A stretch of 63,599 nt of DNA, counting the filler, from Sphacelaria rigidula (taxonomy: Eukaryota), in the NCBI GenBank assembly GCA_964200075.2. It is 8 parts of 8 records of this genome, joined end to end, with 100 filler letters (N's around TTAATTAATTAA, not from the genome) between each part and the next. Parts side by side here need not be neighbours in the genome. Positions count along the whole stretch, not along the records: positions 39,815 to 47,676 come from CAXNAA020013188.1; positions 47,777 to 55,638 come from CAXNAA020013189.1; 6 more parts are not named here. One strand, written 5' to 3'. Both the position numbers and the translations under genes were made by a program. The notes below the pieces were generated by a model that did not search any database, had not been told where the DNA came from, and saw nothing but the letters and a program-made list of their open reading frames with translations. Positions within the stretch are counted from its first letter, which is position 1; every line of letters begins with the position of its first letter. Below are positions 39,890 to 52,200 of the stretch, piece after piece.

Positions 39890-41735
39890 CATGAAATACC
39901 ATCCATAGGTGAGAGCGCGTGGTACAAAGCAAAAGTAAAAAACATGATAAAAGTAAGGGGAAAAGGAGCGCTCAGACGCAGAGTAGACGAGGAAGAACAC
40001 CTGGATATATACGGGGGGTCGAGAGAGGGGATAGGGATGCAAACACATCTGCATGGCCCAATGGACGCGGCCAAAGAGTTGAAACTGCGATTTCGGGTGG
40101 GGGACCTGGACCTGCTACTGTAGAAAGAAGAAATAGATATATCAGTGTTCGAGAGGAGGAGAAAGTAGATGCACAGAATTGCCCCTACGGCAAAGCAGTA
40201 GAGAGCAGAAGTCATATTGTGGCGGAATGTGAACTATACAAGGAGGTACGGGACATGCTAGAGGGGGAAATGCAGGGGGTGAACGAAGGTGGCAAGAAAT
40301 CGTTTGATGCACTAGACAGTAGGGAGAAAACGATGGCTATACTAGGAGACATAATAGTCAGCATCAGAAGTTTTCAGAAATCGTAGTTGTTCTATTTTTT
40401 AGGTCTTTCTGGAGTATTATCCTTCACTACTACTTGAAAGTGCTAGCGCCGATAGATTTAGGTAGGAAGCGTAGGCCGCGCTCAAACTGCAGTGCTCAAG
40501 TTGATGTTTTGGGGCGATACGGACTTGATACCCCGTTTATCAGGATGGTGTTATTGACCGTTTTGGGGCCAATGTAAGCAGTTTTCCCGCTCTTCACCGA
40601 CAAAACGGTAAGTATTCAGATAAATGCATACGTACAAAGTTCTTCACAATAACGATCGAGATCGTGTTTACCTCCTATACTGCACAGACCTCAGTCTAGC
40701 ATTTTCTGCGGATGGCCTATTTTCGTTTTTTTTCGCATACCATTTTCCATGAGCAATCGAAAGTGCTAGCGTCGATAGTTTTGGCAAAATAAGCATAACA
40801 TGCTCGAATCACAATCGATTAAGTTGGTGTCGTGGGGGCGATACCGGGTAAAGACCCCATCTATCAGGAGGGTGTTATTGACCGTAAATGATCCAAAACA
40901 CATAGTTTTCCTGCTTTAGCGCAGTGACTAGGTGGAATTCCAGAAAAACAGTCCCTTTTGAGCTTAATTTATATGTTCCAGATCGAGTCGGTCCACCGCA
41001 AATACCGAGAAGCTAGAGCCTGGGGTCGTATTTTCGCAGGACCTCCAAAGATCGGTCAAGCCCGTGAGTCACTCATTATTGGTCGCAGATAATTTTCATT
41101 TCGATGTTTGTCAAATGGTATAGAATATCTCCGGATGCCCATTTTTTGGCATCCAACAGTCACTGTGATGCTGACTACTGGAGATGGTGGCCACAGACGG
41201 CGAAACAGGACGGTGATAAGATATGTAAAAGGTTTTCGTCTAATGCGTGGAAGAAACGTAATGAGGGCCGGAATGTTGTAGGTGTCTCTATGAGGAGTAC
41301 GAACGGTGCTCCGTCTTGAAAGGGATGCGTGGTCAACGGTCAAACGACTACGGCAAGCAACAAATGAGTACGCTCCCATCCCCCCGGAAACGAGCCCGGC
41401 TCTGTCTTGTCTCTTACACTCCCTTCTCTCCGTTTCATTCTCCTATTTACTCATTTCTTTCATTTTTCTCCGTATTTTCTGTTTCTGATCACGAGCGGAA
41501 ATGTTGCAATCAGCTACCCAATGCGAGATGATCATGTCGATATTTGTGTTTGTCCTCGTGTTCGTGTGTGTCGTTGTTGTTGTCGCTGCTTTCGTTCCGC
41601 TTTCCTTTCTGCGGCTGGTGCTTCTGTCTTTTTCTTTTCCTTTCCTTCTTTTTGGTGCTATTTTTTTGCTGCCCCTGATCACGGGCTGGTTTGTTGCAAT
41701 CAGCGAATGTGAGATGATCAATTAATCAATCGATC
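39890..41735 (+). mobile_element. Non-LTR retrotransposon (LINE) 3' fragment split by a MITE
   Basis: C-terminal region with a degenerate CCHC (NCPYGKAVESRSHIVAEC). The frame ...AILGD (40350) resumes RWWPQTAKQ (41182). A pyrimidine-rich 3' UTR ends in an AATC-like tail at ~41718-41735. Confidence 0.75.
40352..41180. mobile_element. Tc1/mariner-like MITE inserted in the LINE
   Basis: Ends are taatagtcagcatca and tgatgctgactactg. It interrupts the LINE frame and is homologous to 4636-5544. Confidence 0.8.
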
Positions 41736-42017
41736 AGCCGTGAGACAAAATCAAAAGCACGGTATATGCCCGGTGAAACCGAGATTCACAGAGCCGGGTG
41801 GGTACCATGGTCAGATTTGTCAGCCTGGTTCCATCAACGCTGAGACTGTTTTTGACTACCGATAGTGCGCTCAACCATGCCCATTAGATTTTTTCGTGTC
41901 TTCATTTTCTCACACAAACTCTTCATGCCATCTCCTTGACAAGTTGCAACGGGGAAGCGGGTCGGAGTGCATGCTCACGTCTCATGAAGCTCACCATGAA
42001 CATGCACCAGTACTCAC

Positions 42018-43217
42018 CATTCCTTCCTCGAAATTCTTCTTGACAACTGCATGCACCCAGTCGACGGCTTCGGTACTGCGGGATAGAATCGCTAGCGTGA
42101 ACAGGGATCTACCAGCCAAGGAAATCGCCTCGATTGCACGTCGTACGCGTGACTGAGCTTCGCACTCCCTGGTGTCAGCTCCTCGTATTTTCCTCTCGAC
42201 AAGGTCCAGCACGTCCACATGGCCTCGTCGGGCCGCTGCAGCCAGCAGCATTCCATGTCCCCATGCCTTTAGCAGGTCGTCCGAAAGTCCGTCAATGGAT
42301 GCTGCACTCTTATCGGTGCTCTTTATCACCAAGGTCACTGCAAGTATTTCGTCCAGATCCCCTTTGTCGAGATCCACCTTGTCGAGATTCACCTTGTCGA
42401 GGTTCACTTTTTCTCCGCCACCATGGACAACCATCTCAATTACCATATTCCACGACTGCAGTCCACCATACGCAGCGTGTATCAACTCTGTCGTGCCCTT
42501 CACCACGACTTGATCGAACTCCAACTTGCACCGTTCTTTTTTCGTCCTCCCGGTGGATACGTCGTCGACAGATAGCCCTCTCAAGTCCCGCGGCACCTTC
42601 GGATGAAGTCGAAGCGGGCGACTGTGCATCCACCCGTCTTCGCCGGCATGATTGCGTTTTTCCCAGAGGAGCTCGAACTTCTGTGTTACGCTGTCTCCAA
42701 TGCTGCCCGCGCTGTAGCGCCTGCGCAAGACGTACATCATGGGGGTCCGTCCGTTGTTGTCCGGCTTGCTCATGGCGTCAAAGACCTCGTACTTCTCGGC
42801 CATCTCGATCACCTGCCGCAGAATATCTGCGTTCCCAGCCTCGCTCGCATGATGAAGCAATGTACGTCCAGACTTGTCAGGCTGGACAAATACTGTCTTT
42901 AGCTTCTCCTCCCAATCCTTGCGGAGGTTCTGGCCAGAGAGACTCCCCTTGCAAGCTGCCTCAAGCAAACGCAACACCTCACGGAAGACCTCAATGTGAT
43001 TGCTTCTAGCGGCATACATGAGAATTCCTCTGGCGGCCTTGCGGTCGACTGCCTCTACTTGCTCTATCAGACCGATCGCTGACAGGGTTTCCTCAATCGT
43101 TTGGCGAACAGCTTCGAAGCACGAACGCGGTCCTTTGCTACTTGCTGCGAGAGATAGCAGGGGCGCTCCGTTTGCATCCGATTCCCTCAGTTGCTTCACG
43201 AGCCCTCTTAATCCCAG
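42018..43217 (-). CDS. Ankyrin-repeat protein, 1200-nt internal exon
   Basis: Acceptor ctattag|CTG, donor ATG|gtgagt, phase 0/0. Ankyrin motifs DANGAPLLSLAA, DKSGRTLLHHASEAGNADIL, DNNGRTPMMYVL and LLAAAARRGHVDVL. Confidence 0.88.
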
Positions 43218-44158
43218 CTAATAGCGCGACATCCGCAGAGTCAGGGGTCCACAAAAACAAATGGACAGGGGAGGGAGGGCGGTGAGACCCACGATAGCTT
43301 TGAACCCCACGTGTTAACGGACAAACATGGCGGGCATCCGTTTCCTTTCACTGCCACATGTACGCTCCGAAACTGTAGCTCTAGTGTTTCGTTTTCGTTC
43401 ATCATATGTAAAATTGGCAATTGCATCAGACTGATGCCACCGTGGGGAACGACGGAGGAGGGTTGGTGATCCAATTGTTGCAAGGAAGAGCCGCTTTGAA
43501 ATGTTGCTACAGGCTAAAATGCCCGTATGAATTTCTTGATATCAGCATCGAGTTCCTTTTCAAAACACCTGATATCGTTCCTACCCATATACGACCAGTA
43601 CTTGAGTATGAGGTCGTGGAATACACTCCTGACCTCGTTTTTTCGTGCGACCAAACGCCCCGCCCCCCTATCGAGGGATGAGACATCATTTGATCCCCGG
43701 CGCATCTTTGTGGTGAGAAAACAACGCTTGGTGCCGTGTGAATTATGCTGTCAAAAGCCGTCGCCGCGTGGCTTGAATCTTGGTGTGAGTCAATAAAACG
43801 CCTAGAACAGCCGTTTTGTTGCATGTCCTCAAGCTGTTCATGTGTACCAAAGAATTATTTGGCAACCATTCAAATGAACAGAACGGAGTCCAACAGCCTT
43901 GCTCTCCATGTGATACGCATGCAATACCAGGTCATGCAATAGCGCAGATTTTGCCTTTGACGTCTCTGATACAGGCCAGCACCACTCCAGCTTTTGCCTA
44001 AAGGTGCAAATAAGTAGAGCTCATTGTCAGCGTTCTAGCTATCAGGGACACGGAATTTACCCTCGATGTGAAAGTTTCCTTTCGTGGAGAAAATCGTGTC
44101 AAAAGAAGAAAATACATCGCAGTGTAGTAGTTGCAATTACCCCTGCGTACGTCCATAC

Positions 44159-44353
44159 CTCGCTTTTGATAACGTTGACTAATTGTATGAACCATTCCTT
44201 CTCTCCTGCTTCTGCGGCGTACATGATGAGGCTCTTCCCGCTTTCTATCTCCTTGGCCTCGAGAGTATCTACCGACACCGATCCCCGCTCCAGCGCCGGA
44301 TCAGACTCGCTTGACATCCGACCCGTCAATCTGTACATCATCTCTAGATGGTG
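44159..44353 (-). CDS. Ankyrin-repeat protein, upstream 195-nt exon
   Basis: gtcccag|CAC...GAG|gtatgg. Encodes ESGKSLIMYAAEAGEKEWF and splices in frame to 43217 (VIKSE|LGLRGL). Confidence 0.75.
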
Positions 44354-44800
44354 CTGGGACAAGGTGTTCGAGAAAACGGTAAGAATTATCCTTGAGAAAT
44401 GTATCACACGACCGACAGCTGTAATGTACATTTTTTTCTAAACGTGGCTAAATCTCAACACGCACGCGTGTACCCTCTGCGCAGAATTGTCAAGCAAATG
44501 CAGTGTGAGTGAGTGATTGATGTACCCTAGAATATGAACTCAGAACTTCAGTATTCAGCGTAACGGACACAAAGGGAGCACTCCCTCCCCGAACTCAGTG
44601 CATGGGCGAGGAAGCCCGCATGCCCAGGTCTTTGTTCTGGGTGACACCTAGGTACTGGAGGCGGGTTCACGCCAACACGCCGAGAAAACGCCACGCTAGA
44701 AAACACTTTTGTATCGTGAAACTCCAACGCCAACCCCAACGTTAGACCCAGCAAGGCATACCGTGGACCCTCGAGCATGGGAGGCGCACAGAGTGTCCTA

Positions 44801-45445
44801 CAGTAGTGGGCGGTCTAACTATTCAGCGGAGTTTCGAGGTTTTCCTCGCGTACTACTCTTCGATAGAATTCGAAATTGATAGCGTCGGTAGATTTCGGTA
44901 CATTGAATAGATCATCCTCAAAACACAGTGCCCAAGTCAGAGCTAGTTGGTGTTATGGGTGCGTACTCATTTGTTGCTTGCCTTAGTAATTTGACCATTG
45001 ACCACGCATCCCTTTCGAGACGGAGCAAGTTGGTGTTATGGGGGGAAACGAGTAAATACCCCGTTCATCAGGAGGGTGTTATTGACCATGTAACAAATTT
45101 TACAAAGTTTTTAGGCTCTAGTGCAATGAGTAGGCAGAATTTCAAAAAAAACTAAAAATGAATTTGTTTTTAGAAATATGTTCGGGACAGGCTCGATCGG
45201 CCGAAAATACAGAAGAGAAAGAATCTGGGCTGAAACGTCGCAGGACCCTCGATGACCAGTCAGCCCGTAAGTCACTCAATATTGAGTACAGATTGAAAAA
45301 AAAATCTTGGAATGTGGAGCGGATACAAATATCTTCAGATTCCCAATGTGCTGAGTGGTGGCAAGCGAAAAGAGCCCAAGAAAATCGCCAATTACGAAGA
45401 AATCACACAATGCCTCAAAATGAAAAGTTAGACCGCCCACTACTG
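44801..45445. mobile_element. Tc1/mariner-like MITE with TA TSD
   Basis: TA|CAGTAGTGGGCGGTCTAACT...AGTTAGACCGCCCACTACTG|TA, a perfect 20-bp TIR. The empty-site version of the host repeat is at ~31670. Confidence 0.92.
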
Positions 45446-48400
45446 TAGGCCAAGTATGCGTTGGCATAGATCAATTCTGTACCGATTTGCTCCGGGACGC
45501 GTGCTGCGTACGCTGGGGATGTGGTCGGGACTGTGAACCCTGTACAAATCCGAATATATGATGGAATATACTGATTCCACGTCCTTGCTTGCTATAGATT
45601 TTGTCCCCGAGTTCGTGTGAAGCTTAGTTGCAAGTGCTGTAATGCGTGAGCGGATCGCGTGCTCTTTGGACCGCATTGGAGTTCAAAATACCCCGGGATC
45701 GACGTTTATCCAGACCGCCCCGGCCAGTCCCTGCTGGGACCACGCCCCTGGCCCCAAAAAACCCTAACCCTAATCGTGACCATTGGGATGTTCAAACTCC
45801 GACGCGGTGCAAAGAGCACGCGGTCTGCTCGCGCATTGCAACGCTTCAACTGTTCTTGAGTAAGAGTCTCAAACCCTCATCAAGCGCCCGAACCTTAGCA
45901 TAAGGAGCTTATGCTCTTTAGGCCATGCACGTGGAGGACACGCACCCCTTCATCGCTGCAAATGTAGTGAAGTGCCCTTTTTTGTCGTTGTGATATCCCT
46001 AATCGTGCATCTCTGTACCCCGTGTCTTTTCCCAGGTGAACTGGGAGTGGTTTATGGCAGTAATAATGGTCGTCAGCAATCGTTCAAAAAATAACACGCA
46101 TCAAACGATTGACCAGCAAGATATATCTGCTGTGCATTGCGATCATTTACAGGTGGTGCCTCAGGACCAGCTTAATCGTTTGACTACACGCCTAGCTTTG
46201 GAACCATAATTTCGCTGGCAATCTTCTGCTACCTCGGTTGCATCTACTTCTCCACCGTAATCTTAGTAGGGCAGGATGCATTTGTACGCTGTGCCATGCT
46301 TCACTTGATGGAGTTATCTTGGCAACCCACGGGGCATGTGCCGACAACTGCACAGTAGCTCCACCTCTTTCGCGTATTCGAACCGTCTCTTCTCGTCGCT
46401 ATAGAAAAGGCAAAATGCGGCTGAGCTACGAAGTGGTCGATGATTTGGTATTTCATACTGGGAAACAAACCTAGCTGAAAGTTGGTACGCAGTCAATCTG
46501 CCTCGTACACACATCTTCAAAATAAACAAGTGCTCTGGCTATCAGCAGAACAATTCTACTTGACTTTAGTGTTATCAACGGAGGGAGTCAACGAAACGGC
46601 AGAGCAGAAACACAAGATCGAGGCGCGGACTCAATTTGAGGGACCTCTGGCGTCGTGCGCATTACTCGCCGAATAAGGGGGCATAGAATACAGCGCAAGG
46701 GACTGACCTCGGGTGACCACCTGTCGATGCCACGTACGGCATATAGATTGCCGTTGCAAGCCCTTTTTCATTGGCCAGCGCATATTCGGTGAGGCTCAAA
46801 GCAATACAGTGTATGTTCAAGCCCAGTGAGGGTGGCCCAGGCGACTCTGTTGCCGCACACTCTCTTGGGCAGAGTCGAGAGGGAGAGGTTTTCATGCGCT
46901 TTCTCTCAGAGACCCTGAACGGTGCTCTACTTGAGAATTTGTTCGAGAAATATTGAGAGAAACAATATACATAATCCATTCATGTCAGGACGGTGCTCCG
47001 ACAGTTCGCTAGCGCAAATTTCGTGATTATTCTTCATATCGAGTTGGGATGAAGCCAAATGTTAAGTGCGTACCGTGATTCAACTCGGGATTTTACAGAT
47101 TAAATTGCGGATGGGCTTTTTATTGAGCATGACTCTCGGGAGACTTCATGAGCATCGAAATATTTTTCAAATGTAAATATAAATGCACTTTACGGCCTTG
47201 ATGTTTAGCCTCACTTATCCTCAAAGGTATCCATCCGCAGTTTGAAAAATCTTGTGTTCGTACCGAACCATTTCGACGTTCGTTCATTCCCGTACAGAAC
47301 ACTGTTCTTTTCTGTCGGAATTTCCTGTGCACACGGGATTCAACTAATTACGAGATTTCACTTATTGCGGGTGGATTTTCTACAATTAAGGAGCGAGGCC
47401 ACACATCACAGCCGGTGAGTGCATTTTCAGTTTGGTTCCGAGGTAAGTTCAATAGTTATGAGCGCTCGCACGATTCATCCCTAAAAGTTATCCCATGCGA
47501 AATGTGTAAAATCCCGTGCTACTTGTCGATGCAGCCCACAAAATGAGCGTCGATTTTGTCATGATTGATCCGTGGCCAAATTGAGTCATGCTACCATAGA
47601 CGAGGGGGGAGGGGGGCGTTCTCATGTGTTGCTTGCCTTAGTCGTTTGACCATTGACCACGCATCCCTTTCGAGACNNNNNNNNNNNNNNNNNNNNNNNN
47701 NNNNNNNNNNNNNNNNNNNNTTAATTAATTAANNNNNNNNNNNNNNNNNNNNNNNNNNNNNNNNNNNNNNNNNNNNTTTCTTATGGCCTATGCACTGCCC
47801 ATACCAAAGTTCAGGGCCCAACTCTAAATGCATAAAAGAGCATGGGCCTGCAAACTTCAAATCCGCCTCTAGGCTGGCCCACTTCGTACAGGTTTTGAAA
47901 ACCTCCTAGTCCCGTGTTTACCATTCGAAAATGAAAGTGAAGCATTTTTTCGAGTGAACAGGCCAAAAATCATGATCGTGTTTTATTCTGTACGTTGCAT
48001 GACGGTATGACCATCACGACGATGAGCATGGTTTGATGCTGTACTGAACTGTACGATACCGTGTAGGACAGCACCACGTCGTGCTTATATAGGTGCGGTG
48101 CAATATACGGCAGTTAGCGCGGCATATACGCCACGTATGGCTGAAAAAAAAGTGGGATGCCTGTACCTTCGGGTGCATAGGGATGTTACATACCGTCGGC
48201 TACTGAGTAAATATCACGATGCCCGTACTTGCAGCATGCTCACCGCTGCAGTCAATAGGACGTGAGAGGGAAGCGGACACAGTACAGTACAGAGAGCGCA
48301 GGACTGTATGTATGTTTCCTGCGTACAGTGCGACGTGAATAGGACTTGAGCAATGTGCGCAGCTTTGTCTGCCTGCACTGTACATGGGCGTGTATATGCA

Positions 48401-49014
48401 GTAAACCGCCGGTTATTGCCCGCACCATACTCCGCTGCTCAAGTTGAAATTTCCACCAACAAGACATACACCATGCCTAACTACTGCAGTGTATATCTAT
48501 ATCCCCCTGTGCCGAACTCGTTCTCTTTGTTGCAGAGATATTGTGGAGGTATTACAGCTGGGAAGAAGTGTTGTCGGGTTTGCATTTTAAATCTGTGAGC
48601 GGCGTGTGTTGCTTGCGAGGCCATAGTCGGTCCCTCCTCCGGAGGAATGATGGCTCATTTTTTCCTCTGCTGTTCGTATTTCCTCCGAGAGACGTTCACG
48701 AGAAACACGTGCTTCGGAGCACCATATCTTCGGTACTCTGGAGGGATTCAGACGTCGGAAGCCACTGGAGCACCAGATGCAGGGGACTTGTTATATGACC
48801 CGAACCGGGTATGCGATACCCTCCAGAGGGTATTTTTACCCTCCCGACGGTCACTATTTCCTCGGGGGGATGAATCGCGATAGAGGATTTCCAGTGGGGT
48901 AGCCGATGGCCGCGTGTGGGGTCAGAGGCGCACATGACAGATTCACGAGACAGTCGAGTAAACTTCAAATACTATCCCTGCTCCGATACACATTCACTCG
49001 TCGAAGGAACTCGC

Positions 49015-49066
49015 CGCGTAGCCGATTGCTCGAGAGGTCAAAAGTTCCCAGGTTGCTGAGCTGACC
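49015..49066 (-). pseudogene. Decayed terminal LRR exon
   Basis: Retains QLSNLGTFDL-like sequence, but the acceptor half is deleted, the donor is GCGAGT and there are indels. Confidence 0.7.
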
Positions 49067-49259
49067 CAAGTTTGAAACACACGGGGATTGCAGTCCCATC
49101 ACGTTTCCCACCTCGACTGCAAATGCGTCCCGCCAACCCGGAGCCTACCCGGAGACGAGACACTATTTCACGACACAACAGCCGACCACAACTTGACATT
49201 ATCGCGTGAACCTTCAATACCGGCCATGCTACCATACACGTTTGTCCCCAGGAACTCAC

Positions 49260-52200
49260 CGCTCAGCTGGTTTCCGAAGAGGTTCAGCGTTCCTAGGTTG
49301 CTGAGCTGACTAAGGGAGTGCGGAATTGCGCCTGCATGATGTCCAAAACACGCGTGGATTGCAGGCCCATCAGTTTCTCACATCCACTACAATGCGTGCC
49401 GCCAACCCGGAGCCTACCCGGAGACGAGACACAGTTCAACGAGACAACAGCCGACCACGACTTGACACTATCGCGTGAACCTCCAATACTGCCCCTGCCA
49501 CCATACACGTTCATTTATCCCGAAGAACTCACCCCTTAGCTGGTTAATGAAGAGGCGTAGCGCTGTCAGGTTGCTGAGCTGACCAAGGGAGTGCGGAATT
49601 GCGCCTGCATGGTGTACAAGACACGCGTTAATTGCAGTCCCATCAGTTTCTCACCTCCACTATAAATGCGTCCCGTCAACCCGGAGCCTACCCGGAGACG
49701 AGACACAGTTCCACGAGACAACAGCCGACCACGACTTGACACTATCGCGTGAACATTCGATACCGGCCCTGCTACCATACACGTCCCTTTGTCCCCAGGA
49801 ACTCACCGCTCAGCTGGTTCCTGGAGAGGTCTAGCGTCCCCAGGTTGCGGAGCTGACCGAGGGAGTCCGGAATTCCGCCTGCATGATGTCCAAAACACGC
49901 GTGGATTGCAGTCCCATCAGTTTCTCACATCCACTACAATGCGTCCCGCCAACCCGGAGCCTACCCGGAGACAGGACACAGTTCCACGACACAACAGCCG
50001 ACGACGACTTGACACTATCGCGTGAACCTCCGATACCGGCCCTGCTACCATACACGTTCATTTGTCCCCAGGAACTCACCGCTCAGCTGGTTCCTGGAGA
50101 GGTCTAGCGTCCCCAGGTTGCTGAGCTGACCAAGGGAGTCCGGAATTGCGCCTGCATGGGTGTCAAAAACACGCGTGGATTGCAGTCCCATCAGTTTGTC
50201 ACACCCACTGGAATGCGTGCCGCCAACCCGGAGCCTACCCGGAGACGAGACACAGTTCCACGAGATAACAGCCGGCGACGACTCCACACCATTGCGTGGA
50301 TCTTCGATACCGGCCCTGCTACCGTACACGTTCATTTGTCCCGAGGAACTCACCGCTCAGCCGGTTTCTGGCGAGGTCTAGCGTCCCCAGGTTGCTGAGC
50401 TGACCGAGGGAGTCCGGAATTGCACCTGCTAGGTGTCCGAAACACGCGTGGATTGCAGTCCCATCAGTTTGTCACCTCCACTACATTGCGTCCCGCCAAC
50501 CCGGAGCCTGCCCGGAGACGAGACACAGTTCCACGAGATACGACACAGGTCCACGAGATACGACACAGGTCCACGAGACAGCAGCCGACCACAACTTGAC
50601 ACTATCGCGTGAACCTCCAATGCTACCCTTGCTACCATCAACGTTCATTTGTCTCGAGGAACTCACCGCTCAGCTGGTTTTGCAAGAGGTTGAGAGTCCC
50701 CAGGTTGCTGAGCTGACCAAGGGAGTCCGGAATGGCGCCTGCATGGGTGTCCAAAACACGCGTGGATTGCAGTCCCATCAGGTTTCCACATCCACTACAA
50801 TGCGTGCCGCCAACCCGGAGCCTAGACGAGACTCAGTTTCCACGAAATAGCAGCCAACCACGACTTGACACTATCGCATGAACCTTCGATACCGGCCCTG
50901 CTACCATACACGTTCATTTGTCCCAAGAAACTGACCGCTCAGCCGGTTTCTGGAGAGGTCTAGCGTCCCCAGGTTGCTGAGCTGACCAAGGGAGTCCGGA
51001 ATTACGCCTGCATGGTGTCCAAAACACGCGTGGATTGCAGTCCCATCAGTTCTCCACCTCCACAACAATTCGTGCCGCCAACCCGGAGCCTACCCGGAGA
51101 CGAGACACAGTTTCACGAGACAAGACACAGTTCTACGAGACAAGACACAGTTCCACGAGACAAGACACAGTTCCACGAGACAAGACACAGTTCCACGAGA
51201 CAAGACACAGTTCCACGAGACAACAGCCGACCACAACTTGACACTATCGCGTGAACCTCCAATACTGCCCCTGCAACCATACACGTTCATTTGTTCCAAG
51301 GAACTCACCGCTCAGCTGGTTTTGCAAGAGGTTTAGCGTCCCCAGGTTGCTGAGCTGACCAAGGGAGTCCGGAATGGCGCCTGCATGGGTGTCCAAAACA
51401 CGCGTTAATTGCAGTCCCATCAGTTTTCCACATCCACTACAATGCTTGCCGCCAACCCGGAGCCTACCCGGAGACGAGATACAGTTCCACGACACAACAG
51501 CCGACCACAACTTGACGCTATCGCGTGAACATCCAATACTGCTCCTGCTATCATACACGTTCATTTGTCCCGAGGAACTCACCGCTCAGCTGGTTCCTCG
51601 AGAGGTCTTGCGTCCCCAGGTTGCTGAGCTGACCAAGGGAGTCCGGAATTGCGCCTGCATGGTGTCCAAAACACGCGTTGATTGCAGTCCCATCAGTGTC
51701 TCATCTCCACCACAAATGCGTCCCGCTAACCCGGAGCCTACCCGGAGACGAGACACAGTTCCACGAGACAAGACACAGTTCCACGAGACAACAGCCGACC
51801 ACAAGTTGACACTATCGCGTGAATCACGAACACTATCCGTGCTACCGTACACGTTCATTTGCCCCCAGAAACTCACCGCTCAGCTGGTTGTGGGGGAGGT
51901 TTAGCGTCCCCAGGTTGCTGAGCTGACCAAGGGAGTCCGGGATTGCGCCTACACGGTGTCCAAAACACGCGTGGATAGCAGTCCCATCAGTGTCTCACAT
52001 GCACTACAAATGCTTCCCGTCAACCCGGAGCCTACCCGGAGACGAGACACAGTTCCACGAGATAAGACGCAGTTCCACGAGACAAGACACAGTTCCACGA
52101 GACAAGACACAGTTCCCCGAGACAACAGCCGACCATAACTTGACGCTGTCGCGTGAGTCTCCAATACTGCCCCTGCTACCGTGTACGTTCATTTGTCCCA

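Noticed and set aside
43514-43705. Extra ankyrin-gene exon
   Set aside because: The frame ends in a stop, no donor could be assigned with confidence, and the neighbouring exons already join in frame.
51100-51235. CACAGTT as a RAG-type RSS heptamer (CACAGTG)
   Set aside because: One mismatch, no ACAAAAACC nonamer at 12 or 23 bp, and no recombinase gene in view.
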